A stretch of 64,000 nt of DNA from a virus: positions 46,249 through 110,248 of the IMG/VR virus record IMGVR_UViG_3300032163_000001; one strand, 5' to 3'. Position numbers and translations under genes: made by a program. Shown one piece after another: positions 28,520 to 37,421 of the stretch. The stretch's first letter is position 1. The number at the start of each line of letters is the position of its first letter. The notes below the pieces were generated by a model. The model was not told the DNA's origin, did not search any database, and saw only the letters and a program-made list of their open reading frames with translations.

Positions 28520-28798
28520 ATGTTTTTCTTAGAAGTTGTTGAACTTGTTCTAGGTATTTTGATCTTAGCATTTTTCGTTACTCAAGTTCTTATTCCTATA
28601 TGGAAAAGGACTCCTTTGTTTCCATTCTTTAGATCTACACGTAAGAAACTTGAAGAAGAACTTGAAAAGGTAAAAGAAGAAACAGATAATGCGCTGATTG
28701 AACGTGAAATTGAGAAAGAAAAAGAAAAGGTTAGTAAAATTAAACCAAAAACTGAAAAAAAGAAGGAGGATAAAGATGATGGGACAAAAACAATTTAA
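28520..28798 (+). CDS. small membrane protein with charged C-terminal tail
   Basis: N-terminal TM helix LVLGILILAFFVTQVLIPIW followed by a KE-rich tail. Confidence 0.4.
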   Translation: MFFLEVVELVLGILILAFFVTQVLIPIWKRTPLFPFFRSTRKKLEEELEKVKEETDNALIEREIEKEKEKVSKIKPKTEKKKEDKDDGTKTI

Positions 28799-30041
28799 TG
28801 GACTTCCAACAGGTATTTCTTTAGGCAGAAAAGGTTTTGTCATAGTTCTAGGGTTCCTTGCATTTTTCATTGTTCTAGTATTATCATTTAGTATTTTCGA
28901 GAACTTAGATGCAGGTAGTATAATGGTGATACAATCACCACTAAAAGGAAACTTAACTTGGTATACAACTCCTGGAGTAAAATGGCAAGGTTTTGGAAAA
29001 GTTAGTAAATATATGAAGAGAGATCAGTTTTGGTTCTCCCTAAGAAAAGATCAAGGAACTAAAGCAGATGAGTCGATTAAAATTCGTTTTAATGATAATA
29101 GTCACGCATCTATATCTGGTTCAATTGCATGGGAGATGCCAGTAGATTCTAAAAATCTTACTAATTTACATGTAAAATATGGAAGTCAACATGCAGTCCA
29201 ACAACAACTAGTTAGAACAGTAATTGAGAAATCTGTTTATATGACAGGTCCAACGATGAGTTCTACTGAATCTGCTTCTGAAAAAAGAAATGAACTTTTA
29301 AATCTTATTGAAGATCAAATTCAGAAAGGAGTGTATAGAACTGAAACAATTGAAGAGAAGAAACCTGACCCAATTACAGGCGTAGTTAAGACTTTTAAAG
29401 TCGCTAAAGTTGTAGTTGATAAAGCAGGACTTCCTCAAAGAGTTGAACAATCACCTTTAAGCGATTTTGGAATCAAAACTTTTAACTTATCAATTAACGA
29501 AGTTAAATACGATGACTTAGTAGAAAAACAAATTCAACAACAACAGGCAGCTTTAATGCAAGTTCAAATAGCTGTTGCTAGAGCTAAAGAAGCTGAACAG
29601 CAAGCTATCACTGTTGCTAAGAAAGGTGAAGCAGAAGCCGCTGAAGCTAAATGGAAACAGGAAGTTATAAAAGCAACAGAAGTGACTGCTGCTGAACAAA
29701 GAAAGAGAGTTGCAGAATTAGATGCTCAAGCTGCTGAACAGACTAAAAGGAAAGAGATTCTTTTAGGTGAAGGAGAAGGAGAAAGAAAAAGATTGGTTAT
29801 GAATGCAGATGGAGCTTTAACTCAGAAACTTGCAGCATATGTAGAAACTCAAAAGTATTGGTCAGATGCAATTTCAAAGTATCAAGGTAATTGGGTTCCT
29901 GTTTATGCATCGGGAGGAACAGGACAAGCTGGATTTGGAGCTCAAGCAATGATGGAATTTTTATCTCTTAAAGCTGCTAAAGATTTAGGTTTAGATATAG
30001 GTATGAAAACTGGGAAACAACTTAAACAAGAACAGAAATAG
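28776..30041 (+). CDS. SPFH/band-7 (prohibitin/HflK-like) membrane protein
   Basis: N-terminal TM helix, SPFH-like core, C-terminal Ala/Glu/Gln-rich coiled coil. ATG with RBS AAGGAGGA preferred over 28698. Confidence 0.6.
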   Translation: MMGQKQFNGLPTGISLGRKGFVIVLGFLAFFIVLVLSFSIFENLDAGSIMVIQSPLKGNLTWYTTPGVKWQGFGKVSKYMKRDQFWFSLRKDQGTKADESIKIRFNDNSHASISGSIAWEMPVDSKNLTNLHVKYGSQHAVQQQLVRTVIEKSVYMTGPTMSSTESASEKRNELLNLIEDQIQKGVYRTETIEEKKPDPITGVVKTFKVAKVVVDKAGLPQRVEQSPLSDFGIKTFNLSINEVKYDDLVEKQIQQQQAALMQVQIAVARAKEAEQQAITVAKKGEAEAAEAKWKQEVIKATEVTAAEQRKRVAELDAQAAEQTKRKEILLGEGEGERKRLVMNADGALTQKLAAYVETQKYWSDAISKYQGNWVPVYASGGTGQAGFGAQAMMEFLSLKAAKDLGLDIGMKTGKQLKQEQK

Positions 30042-30051
30042 ATTGTTTATT

Positions 30052-30135
30052 ACTGGGTCTTCAGAAGTTTATTACTACCAGCGGCGCTTGAGAGGCGCGT
30101 TGTCCCCATCGTTCTGAAGACCCAGTTTTATTTTA
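30052..30135 (+). terminator. rho-independent terminator (15-bp stem)
   Basis: ACTGGGTCTTCAGAA at 30052-30066 pairs with TTCTGAAGACCCAGT at 30113-30127, then TTTATTTT. Confidence 0.6.
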
Positions 30136-30137
30136 GA

Positions 30138-30320
30138 GAAGGAGAAGTTATGATAAATAGTGTTTATCTTTGGAGTAGTACGATAGTTTTTTTAGTTTTA
30201 TTTGTTACCTGGACATCAAAAAATTTACTTAATATTTTACTTAAAATAATATTTTTCTTTTTAGCATGTATGGGAGCTTTCAACCTTATGTTGTTATATC
30301 GTTTTGTAATAAAAGTTTAA
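30138..30320 (+). CDS. putative small two-helix membrane protein (60 aa)
   Basis: RBS GAAGGAGAAG. Hydrophobic throughout. Missing from the ORF track. Confidence 0.35.
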   Translation, partial: EGEVMINSVYLWSSTIVFLVLFVTWTSKNLLNILLKIIFFFLACMGAFNLMLLYRFVIKV

Positions 30321-30335
30321 TGGAAGGAGGATGGA

Positions 30336-31112
30336 ATGAAAAAGATTTTTTCTATTTTGGTAATACTACTTTTCTTGCTTACCTCTGCAGATTTAGTTTT
30401 CTCTAGAAGTGGTAGTAGCAGTAGCAGCAGTAGCAGTAGCGGTGGATCTAAAAGTTTTTCTGGAGGATCTAGTGGGGCAAGCAAAAGTTCTGGGAGTGGA
30501 TCTAAAAGTTTTTCAGGATCTGGATCTAAAAGTAGCGGAAAGACTTTTTCCGGAAGTGATTCAAAAAGTGCAACACAAACTGCTAGACCAGGTTTTGATT
30601 CGGTATCAGGCAAAGCCAAAGCTCAGGAACAATCATCAAAAAATTATTCTACATGGAAAGTATCTCATGGTATTCAAGATAAAAAATACAGTCGAGAAAT
30701 GGCTTCTACAAGAGATGTTAGAGAGAGAACAGTGTTTGTAAATCGACAACCTACTGGATATTATGTTCAACCTACTACAGTTGTTGTATATCGAGATTAC
30801 TATAGTAGTAACTTTTTAATGTATGCAAGCTGGTTCTGGCTATTCCACCACTGGGATAGTGTAGATCACTCAAGATTTCAAGATGCAAAGATAAAAGAAC
30901 TAGAAACAAAGTTTAAGGAACTAGAAGCTAAAGGAACAAAAAGAGATTTGAATTACAATGAATCTGGAATTGATCCAGACTTACAATATAAGAAAGACGC
31001 AGCTGGATATGATAAAGGATTAAGTACATTAGGTATAATTTTTATAGTGTTAGGAATTATAGCATTGATTTTATTAGTTGTTTGGTTTATATTTAGAAGA
31101 ATAAGATACTAA
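30336..31112 (+). CDS. secreted or membrane-anchored protein with Ser/Gly-rich SKSFSGSG repeats and C-terminal TM anchor
   Basis: Signal-peptide-like N-terminus, poly-Ser then (G)SKSFSG repeats, C-terminal TM IIFIVLGIIALILLVVWFIF. Confidence 0.5.
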   Translation: MKKIFSILVILLFLLTSADLVFSRSGSSSSSSSSSGGSKSFSGGSSGASKSSGSGSKSFSGSGSKSSGKTFSGSDSKSATQTARPGFDSVSGKAKAQEQSSKNYSTWKVSHGIQDKKYSREMASTRDVRERTVFVNRQPTGYYVQPTTVVVYRDYYSSNFLMYASWFWLFHHWDSVDHSRFQDAKIKELETKFKELEAKGTKRDLNYNESGIDPDLQYKKDAAGYDKGLSTLGIIFIVLGIIALILLVVWFIFRRIRY

Positions 31113-31125
31113 AAAAGGAGGGTAA

Positions 31126-31770
31126 ATGACTGAAGAAAAGAAAAGATTTACTCTTTGGGAACATTGGACTCATAAAGATAAAAATCCTTCTACAGAAAAA
31201 AAGTTAGAGGATGAGATTTCGAATCCTTTAAAACTACATTTAGGAGATTTTATAATTCCAAAGATGTTAGAACCAACAGAGGGGAAAGATCATAAAGTGC
31301 TCGAAGTAGTAGAAGTTGTAGAATATGATAGACTTATTTCAAGAGAACACTTCTATCTTACAGACTATCTACTTAGAGATAAAGATGGAACTCATGTACT
31401 TCGATCAAATCTAGCTGATCAAAAAGTTTCTCTTTTATGGTTGGATATCTATTATGAGTCTGAATTTAAAGAAGAAATTTTAGATGCAGTAAAACACAAA
31501 ACTTTTAAAATTGATGAAGAAGATGGAACGCATATTGAATATCAAACTCTTAACTCTGGAGAAGATGGGTTCTTATGTGAACAAAGAATTGTATCAAAAG
31601 ATAAAGATTTTATACAAAAAGAAGAAGCTAAATACTGGGATTTTTATAGAGATGTAAACGAAGGTGTTACAGAACTTTTCTTTGTAGAAGTTAATGAAGA
31701 AACAGGATGGATAATGATGTTGAAAGGATTTGTAATTTCAGAGTATGATATTGAAATCATTCCAAAATAA
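31126..31770 (+). CDS. hypothetical protein
   Basis: 214-aa ORF with RBS AAAGGAGGG. Confidence 0.45.
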   Translation: MTEEKKRFTLWEHWTHKDKNPSTEKKLEDEISNPLKLHLGDFIIPKMLEPTEGKDHKVLEVVEVVEYDRLISREHFYLTDYLLRDKDGTHVLRSNLADQKVSLLWLDIYYESEFKEEILDAVKHKTFKIDEEDGTHIEYQTLNSGEDGFLCEQRIVSKDKDFIQKEEAKYWDFYRDVNEGVTELFFVEVNEETGWIMMLKGFVISEYDIEIIPK

Positions 31771-31781
31771 GGAGAAAAAAA

Positions 31782-32024
31782 ATGGAAGAAGAAAAAGAAG
31801 TAAAAGAAGTAAAAGAAATTTCGTCAGAAGAAGAAGTAATTGAACTACTAAAACAAGGTCCTATAAATTCTCATCAATATACTCCTGCTGAATGGCACAA
31901 AATAGCTCTTGTTCTTCCAAAACTTAAGAGTAAAGGATTAGTAGAATCGGAGAAAACAGCGATTCAAGGTGCGAAAGGTTCTTTAAAAGTGACTATTTGG
32001 AAATTAAAAGAACAAGTATCATAA
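31782..32024 (+). CDS. hypothetical small protein
   Basis: 80-aa ORF with RBS AAGGAGAAAAA. Confidence 0.4.
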   Translation: MEEEKEVKEVKEISSEEEVIELLKQGPINSHQYTPAEWHKIALVLPKLKSKGLVESEKTAIQGAKGSLKVTIWKLKEQVS

Positions 32025-32037
32025 AGAAGGAGAAGAA

Positions 32038-32466
32038 ATGAAAGAAGTAAATGTAGATGTCAAACAGGTATTAGAAATTGTGAAAGAAAACAAAGATAAA
32101 CATAATGTTATTTATCAAGCTGCATTAGAAGGCTATTGGAAAAAGGCTGAGAAATTGTTAAGACAAAAATTAAGAGAGGTAAGCAAACATAAGAAGATTG
32201 AAGTATTTTTAGAACTTCCATTTCCTGAAAATCACGAAAAAGATTATGACAGAGTAATTAGAATGCTAGAGTTATCAACAGATAAAGTAGTAACTTTAGA
32301 TCAACTTTCTTTTTCTCAAATTGTACTTAACGACTGGCAGTGGAAAGAGTCATTTAAATTTGTTAACTCTGGTTATATCGGATTTACGGGTCCAGCTGGT
32401 TCAGAAGGAGCTACTGGTAGATGTGGTGGTTCTCCAGATCTAAAAGATACTTTCGATAAATTTTAA
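32038..32466 (+). CDS. hypothetical protein
   Basis: 142-aa ORF with RBS GAAGGAGAAG. Confidence 0.4.
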   Translation: MKEVNVDVKQVLEIVKENKDKHNVIYQAALEGYWKKAEKLLRQKLREVSKHKKIEVFLELPFPENHEKDYDRVIRMLELSTDKVVTLDQLSFSQIVLNDWQWKESFKFVNSGYIGFTGPAGSEGATGRCGGSPDLKDTFDKF

Positions 32467-32490
32467 ATACTTAAAAAGAAGGAGGTAGTT

Positions 32491-33168
32491 ATGGGACTAT
32501 TCAAAAGAGCAACTGATGTTATTAGAGCTAATTTAAATGAGTTAATAGAAGGAACAGAAGATCCAGAAAAAATGATCAAGTTATATTTAGAAGATGCTAG
32601 AGAGCATTTAGTTGAATGTAAGAAAGCGGTTCATACTTCTCTTACTGCAGAAAGAACTCTGCAAACACAATATGATGAAAATCAAAAAGAAGTAGAGAAG
32701 TGGCAGAAAAGAGCAGAAACATATGTAACTAAAGGTGATGATAATTTAGCAAAAGAAGCTCTTACAGAAAAGAAAAAATTTGAGGCGAGATTAAGTAGTT
32801 TAAAAGAACTTCTAGAGACTTCGAAGAGACAAAGTCAAGATGCTATGGGTATGGTTGAAGCTCTGCAAGAGAAGGTTCGAGATACAGAAGCTAACTCCAC
32901 TGTACTTATTGCTAGAGCACAAACAGCTAAAGCAATGAAGAAGTCATCTGACTCTTTAGCTGGCATAAGTTCAAAAGATCCATTTGGTGGTTTGAAGAGC
33001 ATGGAAAGCAAAATTGAAACTATGGAAGCTGGAGCTCATGCATCTGCTGACTTAGCTGAGATTTCATCTAATACTCCAGAAAAGAAATTTAAGGATTTAG
33101 AAGCTGGAGATGTAGATGTTGATTTAGCTGCTTTGAAGGAGAAGATGAAAACGTCTTCATTGCTTTAA
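32491..33168 (+). CDS. pspA: PspA/IM30 (phage-shock protein A / Vipp1) family protein
   Basis: MGLFKRATDVIRANLNELIEGTEDPEKMIKLYLED aligns closely with the E. coli PspA N-terminus ([27 protein letters not shown]). Coiled coil throughout. Confidence 0.8.
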   Translation: MGLFKRATDVIRANLNELIEGTEDPEKMIKLYLEDAREHLVECKKAVHTSLTAERTLQTQYDENQKEVEKWQKRAETYVTKGDDNLAKEALTEKKKFEARLSSLKELLETSKRQSQDAMGMVEALQEKVRDTEANSTVLIARAQTAKAMKKSSDSLAGISSKDPFGGLKSMESKIETMEAGAHASADLAEISSNTPEKKFKDLEAGDVDVDLAALKEKMKTSSLL

Positions 33169-33178
33169 AGGAGATGGT

Positions 33179-33346
33179 ATGGAATGGAGAAGAAAGAGAA
33201 TAATAATTTTAGATGATGATTTGTCAGATGAAATTAAAGATTCTGCTAAGAACAGAAGAACTATTGAATCAATTAAAGTTCTTATTACAAAAACAGAGAC
33301 TCTTTCAAGAGATCTTGATGATCTTGATGAGAAGTTAGAATATTGA
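33179..33346 (+). CDS. putative small acidic protein (55 aa)
   Basis: RBS AAAGGAGA 5 nt upstream. Below the ORF-track cut-off. Confidence 0.25.
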   Translation: MEWRRKRIIILDDDLSDEIKDSAKNRRTIESIKVLITKTETLSRDLDDLDEKLEY

Positions 33347-33372
33347 ACTAACTGTTTTAAAAAGAGAAGATG

Positions 33373-33444
33373 AAAAGTCAAGTCAGTGAATAACTAATAA
33401 AAGAAAAGTAAACCAAAAATTGTGAGTGTTCACTGACTTGACTT
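33373..33444 (+). repeat. 17-bp perfect inverted repeat with 38-nt loop
   Basis: AAAGTCAAGTCAGTGAA at 33373-33389 pairs with TTCACTGACTTGACTTT at 33428-33444. Confidence 0.55.
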
Positions 33445-33466
33445 TTCCTAATTTGGAGAGAATAGA

Positions 33467-33637
33467 ATGAAGAAAAAAGTTAAAGTAGTAATTGAATATG
33501 ATGATAGAGGTTTAAGTAAAAAGAAATGGTTTAGAGTAAATGCTGAAAGTGTTAAGTATTGTTTAGATACTTTCTATGCAGGAATAGTTGAATTTACTGT
33601 GAAAGAACTTAAAGAAAAAGGAGTAAAAAATGCTTGA
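33467..33637 (+). CDS. putative small protein (56 aa)
   Basis: RBS GGAGAG. Overlaps the start of the next gene. Below the track cut-off. Confidence 0.3.
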   Translation: MKKKVKVVIEYDDRGLSKKKWFRVNAESVKYCLDTFYAGIVEFTVKELKEKGVKNA

Positions 33638-33896
33638 ACAAAGATTTTGTCCAGAGTGTGGTAATGAAATTGTATTTGACTATACATATCCTACAAAGTC
33701 ATTTAGAATTGATGAATATGGAAATATTCTTAGAGATGACAATAATGATGCTTTTTGTCCAGAAGGTGACAATCCATATATAGAATTCTATTGTTCTAAT
33801 GATAGAGAACATGATTTAACAGATAGTAAAGAACAACAAGATTGGGAAGCACTAGTCGAACAGGAATTTAAAGATAGAGGTTGTTATGATCACTAA
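33630..33896 (+). CDS. Zn-ribbon small protein
   Basis: CPECGNE ... CPEGDN Cys pairs. Confidence 0.45.
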   Translation: MLEQRFCPECGNEIVFDYTYPTKSFRIDEYGNILRDDNNDAFCPEGDNPYIEFYCSNDREHDLTDSKEQQDWEALVEQEFKDRGCYDH

Positions 33897-33942
33897 GAAA
33901 CAAACTGGAATAAATACATAAACATTCAAGGAGGAAACAAAC

Positions 33943-34785
33943 TTGGAAAAGAAATTACCGGATTTGCAACATGAAGGAAAACCAGAGTTTGAAATAGGAA
34001 TTAATCAAGTAGGTGTACAAAATGTTAAAGCTCCATTTTTACTAGAATCTAGATATGGTGGAGTAAAAGAAATGGTAGCAAACATTATTATGACAACTGA
34101 TCTTGGACCAAAAATAAAAGGGATTAGTATGTCAATGTTAATAAGAACTTTGAAGAACCACTTAGATAAACCATTAAAACACCCTTTGATTAAGAACATA
34201 TTAGAAGAATTTAAGATAGCAGTAGAAACGAATTCTTATGAGAGTAATTTAAAATTTGAATTTGAACTTCCAATTTATAAAAGGTCACCAAAAACTACTC
34301 ATGTATTTCCACAGTATTATCAATGTTCGTTTCAGGGAAAGTTAAGAGGAGATAGTTTTAGATTTTTTGAAAAAGTAAAAGTTCAATACGCATCATATTG
34401 TCCGTGTTCAGCTTCTCTTTGTGAATCAGCTGGTAAAGGATTTCCTCATGCTCAAAGGTCTTTTGGTGAAGTACTAGTTGAAGTTTTACCTCCTCAAATT
34501 GTTTGGTTAGAGGATATTATAGATATAGTTGAGAAGGTTATTAAAACTCTTCCATACCCAATTTTACAAAGAATTGATGAACAAGAAGTAGCAAGAATTG
34601 CATCAGAAAATCCACAATTTGTAGAAGATGCTATTAGAAGAATTTCAGATGCACTTAATAAAGAGGAAAATATTTTTGATTGGATTGTTAAATGTACTCA
34701 TCAAGAGTCAATACATACAAGTGATGCAATTGCTATAAATTGGAAAGGTGTAGAGAATGGTTTTGATGGAACTTATTTTCTGTAG
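33943..34785 (+). CDS. folE2: GTP cyclohydrolase I type 2 (FolE2/MptA family)
   Basis: LPDLQ...INQVGV N-terminus. YCPCSASLCESAGKGFPHAQRS matches the FolE2 CPCS...HxQRS region. C-terminal ESIHTSDAIA is like FolE2 ESIHNHSAYA. TTG start with RBS AGGAGG. Confidence 0.75.
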   Translation: MEKKLPDLQHEGKPEFEIGINQVGVQNVKAPFLLESRYGGVKEMVANIIMTTDLGPKIKGISMSMLIRTLKNHLDKPLKHPLIKNILEEFKIAVETNSYESNLKFEFELPIYKRSPKTTHVFPQYYQCSFQGKLRGDSFRFFEKVKVQYASYCPCSASLCESAGKGFPHAQRSFGEVLVEVLPPQIVWLEDIIDIVEKVIKTLPYPILQRIDEQEVARIASENPQFVEDAIRRISDALNKEENIFDWIVKCTHQESIHTSDAIAINWKGVENGFDGTYFL

Positions 34786-34806
34786 TTAAAAAGGAGGTAA
34801 AAGAAT

Positions 34807-35082
34807 ATGGGAATGTCGACACATGTTATAGGATTTAGACCACCCGACGAAAGGTGGAAAAGAATGAAAGCCGTATATGATACTTGTACAAAAGCAAAAG
34901 TTGAAATCCCTAAAGAAGTGGATGATTTTTTTGGTGGCGGTGAACCAGATGAGAGTGGAGTAGAAGTAGAAATTGAAAGAACAGAAGCAGTTGAAGAATG
35001 GAATGGTAGGCAAGGTTTTCAAGTTGATATTACAAAACTACCTAAAGATTTGAAATATATTCGTTTTTACAATTCTTATTAA
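34807..35082 (+). CDS. hypothetical small protein
   Basis: RBS AAAGGAGGTAAAAG. Confidence 0.4.
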   Translation: MGMSTHVIGFRPPDERWKRMKAVYDTCTKAKVEIPKEVDDFFGGGEPDESGVEVEIERTEAVEEWNGRQGFQVDITKLPKDLKYIRFYNSY

Positions 35083-35092
35083 GGAGAAGAAT

Positions 35093-35443
35093 ATGAAACA
35101 AGAAGATGTAATTCAATTGTATCTTAAAGAAAGAGAATATCAAAAAGCTATTTTTGGGGATTTTAAAAATAACCCAAGTTTAAATCTTGCAAGTTTCATA
35201 TCATTTTTAGAGACTTATTTACAAAAAGTTAGGAATAGTTATTCTGATAAATGGACGTCACTTAACTCTGACTGGTTACTTTCATGTAAAGAGTCTAAAG
35301 AACAAGGTTCAGCTCCAGTCTTATCTTACGAAAACTTAATTAAAGTTTTTGCTTTAGCTGGAGCAGCTTTAGAAGAATTTGCAGAAGTTGATTTTGAAAA
35401 ATGGAGGGAAGAAGGAATAAAGAAAAAATGGATTGAATCTTAA
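35093..35443 (+). CDS. hypothetical protein
   Basis: 116-aa ORF with RBS AAGGAGAAG. Confidence 0.4.
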   Translation: MKQEDVIQLYLKEREYQKAIFGDFKNNPSLNLASFISFLETYLQKVRNSYSDKWTSLNSDWLLSCKESKEQGSAPVLSYENLIKVFALAGAALEEFAEVDFEKWREEGIKKKWIES

Positions 35444-35464
35444 AATTGAAAGGAGATATTTGAT

Positions 35465-36241
35465 ATGAATGAAAGTTTGTTAGATATGATTAAACAAGGC
35501 ACGAAAGATAATATAGTCCCAAGTAAACACATTGAAGAACTTGTTCCTCTGGAAAAGAAAGATGAAACTCTAAAAGAAAATGTAGAAAAATCTGAAGTAG
35601 TGACACAACCTATTGAACTTCCTTTGATTTCGTTATCTGATTGGTTTATAGAATATGCTGCAAAGATACAATCAGTTCGAATTGTGAAAGTAGTTGCAGC
35701 TGGAGTAAATTCGAAGAAAAGTATAGTCGTAACTGTTCCTGAAACTAGAGGAGAAAAAGATAGTACATCAGAAGCAGATAGTAGAGAACTAATGGTAATT
35801 AAAAAATGTTTGGCAAAACAAGTTGTTAACCTTCCTCCGTGGGTAGTTGATGTTTTTGACCATGACATTCTTAGAATAATTTATCGGTGTGATGATCATG
35901 GAATTTTCATTAAATCATATTGTTTAAAGAATGGGTTAATTAATGTATTTTGTCTCCAAGTGGGTAATCAGTTAGTACCTTATGGAAGAGATAGGTTAAG
36001 AAAAGGAAGCAAAACCATTAAAGTTCCTATCCCAGATTTTACTAGTATAACGAATAAATTAAAGGAATCAGCAGATGTTCAGAGAATTCATTTATTATAC
36101 AAGCAAGTAGAAAAACAAATGGAATCTATCAAAACTAACTTTGAAGCTGTGAGTTGGTTAAATAGTAGACAAGAAGGTGTAATTGATGTTAATCATCTGA
36201 TGCAGTTAGATGATACTATCATTTATATTATGAGTAACTAA
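35465..36241 (+). CDS. hypothetical protein
   Basis: 258-aa ORF with RBS AAAGGAGA. Confidence 0.45.
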   Translation: MNESLLDMIKQGTKDNIVPSKHIEELVPLEKKDETLKENVEKSEVVTQPIELPLISLSDWFIEYAAKIQSVRIVKVVAAGVNSKKSIVVTVPETRGEKDSTSEADSRELMVIKKCLAKQVVNLPPWVVDVFDHDILRIIYRCDDHGIFIKSYCLKNGLINVFCLQVGNQLVPYGRDRLRKGSKTIKVPIPDFTSITNKLKESADVQRIHLLYKQVEKQMESIKTNFEAVSWLNSRQEGVIDVNHLMQLDDTIIYIMSN

Positions 36242-36242
36242 A

Positions 36243-36971
36243 ATGGATATCAATCGAACATGTAATTTATTTCTAAGAGGAGTTTATCTTTACGATATCA
36301 CATCTTGTCACTATATGATTCTCCAAAGGTTAGGTTTTGATGTTTCAAAAATAGATAAAGATAATAAAGAGAAAAGGAATATTCAAATTGGGTTGGAGAT
36401 TAAAGGTAATCCAAGATTGGGTAGTATGCTAAGAGATATAACTATTTCAACTATTAGTGAATACTTAATAGAAAACAATGTTTTAGATAAAGACATAATA
36501 ATTCGTCAGTATGATGGAATTTTAATTACGAAATTGTTAAAGACTACTACTACTCATATACCATTAGATTTACAAAAGTTTTTCGATCTCTTTATTATCT
36601 CTATCGATCGATCTTCTTATATAGCATTTGATTCTACATCTGTAACTATCAAAGGAGTTCCGAATAGATATCCTAAAATAGATGAACTATTTTATAAACT
36701 ATCTAAAATAAACTACAATGATAAAGAAGCAGTTTTCAAAGGACTTAAAGGGATAAAAGATAGTTTATTTACAACTGAAGATATAAGTCTCTTTTGTGTT
36801 CCGTGCGGCGATAATGATGAGAAGTTTTCAGTATTTTTAAAACAATTTGGAGAAATAGAAGTTTCGAAGTCTACAGCAAAAATATTAGATCCACAAGAAA
36901 TAGATAGACAGAAATATTTTGATTTCTATCTTAAACCGTTTACTATGAGTATATGTAAAGAATTTCTATAG
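36243..36971 (+). CDS. hypothetical protein
   Basis: 242-aa ORF, start adjacent to the previous stop. Confidence 0.4.
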   Translation: MDINRTCNLFLRGVYLYDITSCHYMILQRLGFDVSKIDKDNKEKRNIQIGLEIKGNPRLGSMLRDITISTISEYLIENNVLDKDIIIRQYDGILITKLLKTTTTHIPLDLQKFFDLFIISIDRSSYIAFDSTSVTIKGVPNRYPKIDELFYKLSKINYNDKEAVFKGLKGIKDSLFTTEDISLFCVPCGDNDEKFSVFLKQFGEIEVSKSTAKILDPQEIDRQKYFDFYLKPFTMSICKEFL

Positions 36972-36981
36972 GAGAACAACA

Positions 36982-37194
36982 ATGAAAGTAGTAGAAGGAG
37001 TTATGGGATACTATTTTTATCATTTATCTGAAACGGGTAAGAATGGACAAATTACATTATGTGGAACGAAACAAGTTATGCAAACTGGAATTCCTGTATC
37101 AGCGTGGGGCGCAAAATCTCACCTTAATGAAAAATGGTGCGAAAAGTGTTGGAAAATTTACCAGAGAAAAGGAGAAAAGAATGAAAGGTATTGA
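36982..37194 (+). CDS. small Cys-containing protein
   Basis: 70-aa ORF with RBS AGGAGAA. C...C...CEKC. Confidence 0.4.
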   Translation: MKVVEGVMGYYFYHLSETGKNGQITLCGTKQVMQTGIPVSAWGAKSHLNEKWCEKCWKIYQRKGEKNERY

Positions 37195-37408
37195 TCTAAT
37201 TAATGATGCAGTGAGTATGTTTGATAAAGTTGTCGAAAAATTGAATAAAGGAGTTGATTGGTGTCAAAAAGAAACTACTCGTCAAGATGAAGTAATTAAA
37301 GAAGCACAATCAGTTATTGCTAATGCTGAATACGTTAAACAAGATCTAAAATTAAACACTGAAAGAGCTTTTCGGGTTAGAGATAAAGTTAAAGCTATTG
37401 TTGAATAA
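37179..37408 (+). CDS. hypothetical small helical protein
   Basis: ATG with RBS AAAAGGAGAAAAG preferred over the long overlapping 37043 start. Confidence 0.35.
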
Positions 37409-37421
37409 AAGAGGTGATAAA

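Noticed and set aside
30409-30741. 110-aa plus-strand ORF nested in the Ser/Gly-repeat gene, and the minus-strand ORF at 30317-30619
   Set aside because: Both are alternative-frame artefacts of the low-complexity AGT/AGC repeat region. The frame with a signal peptide and C-terminal anchor (30336-31112) explains the locus.
35440-35868. 142-aa minus-strand ORF
   Set aside because: Antisense to two well-supported RBS-led plus-strand genes. No RBS. Composition is a typical mirror-frame artefact.
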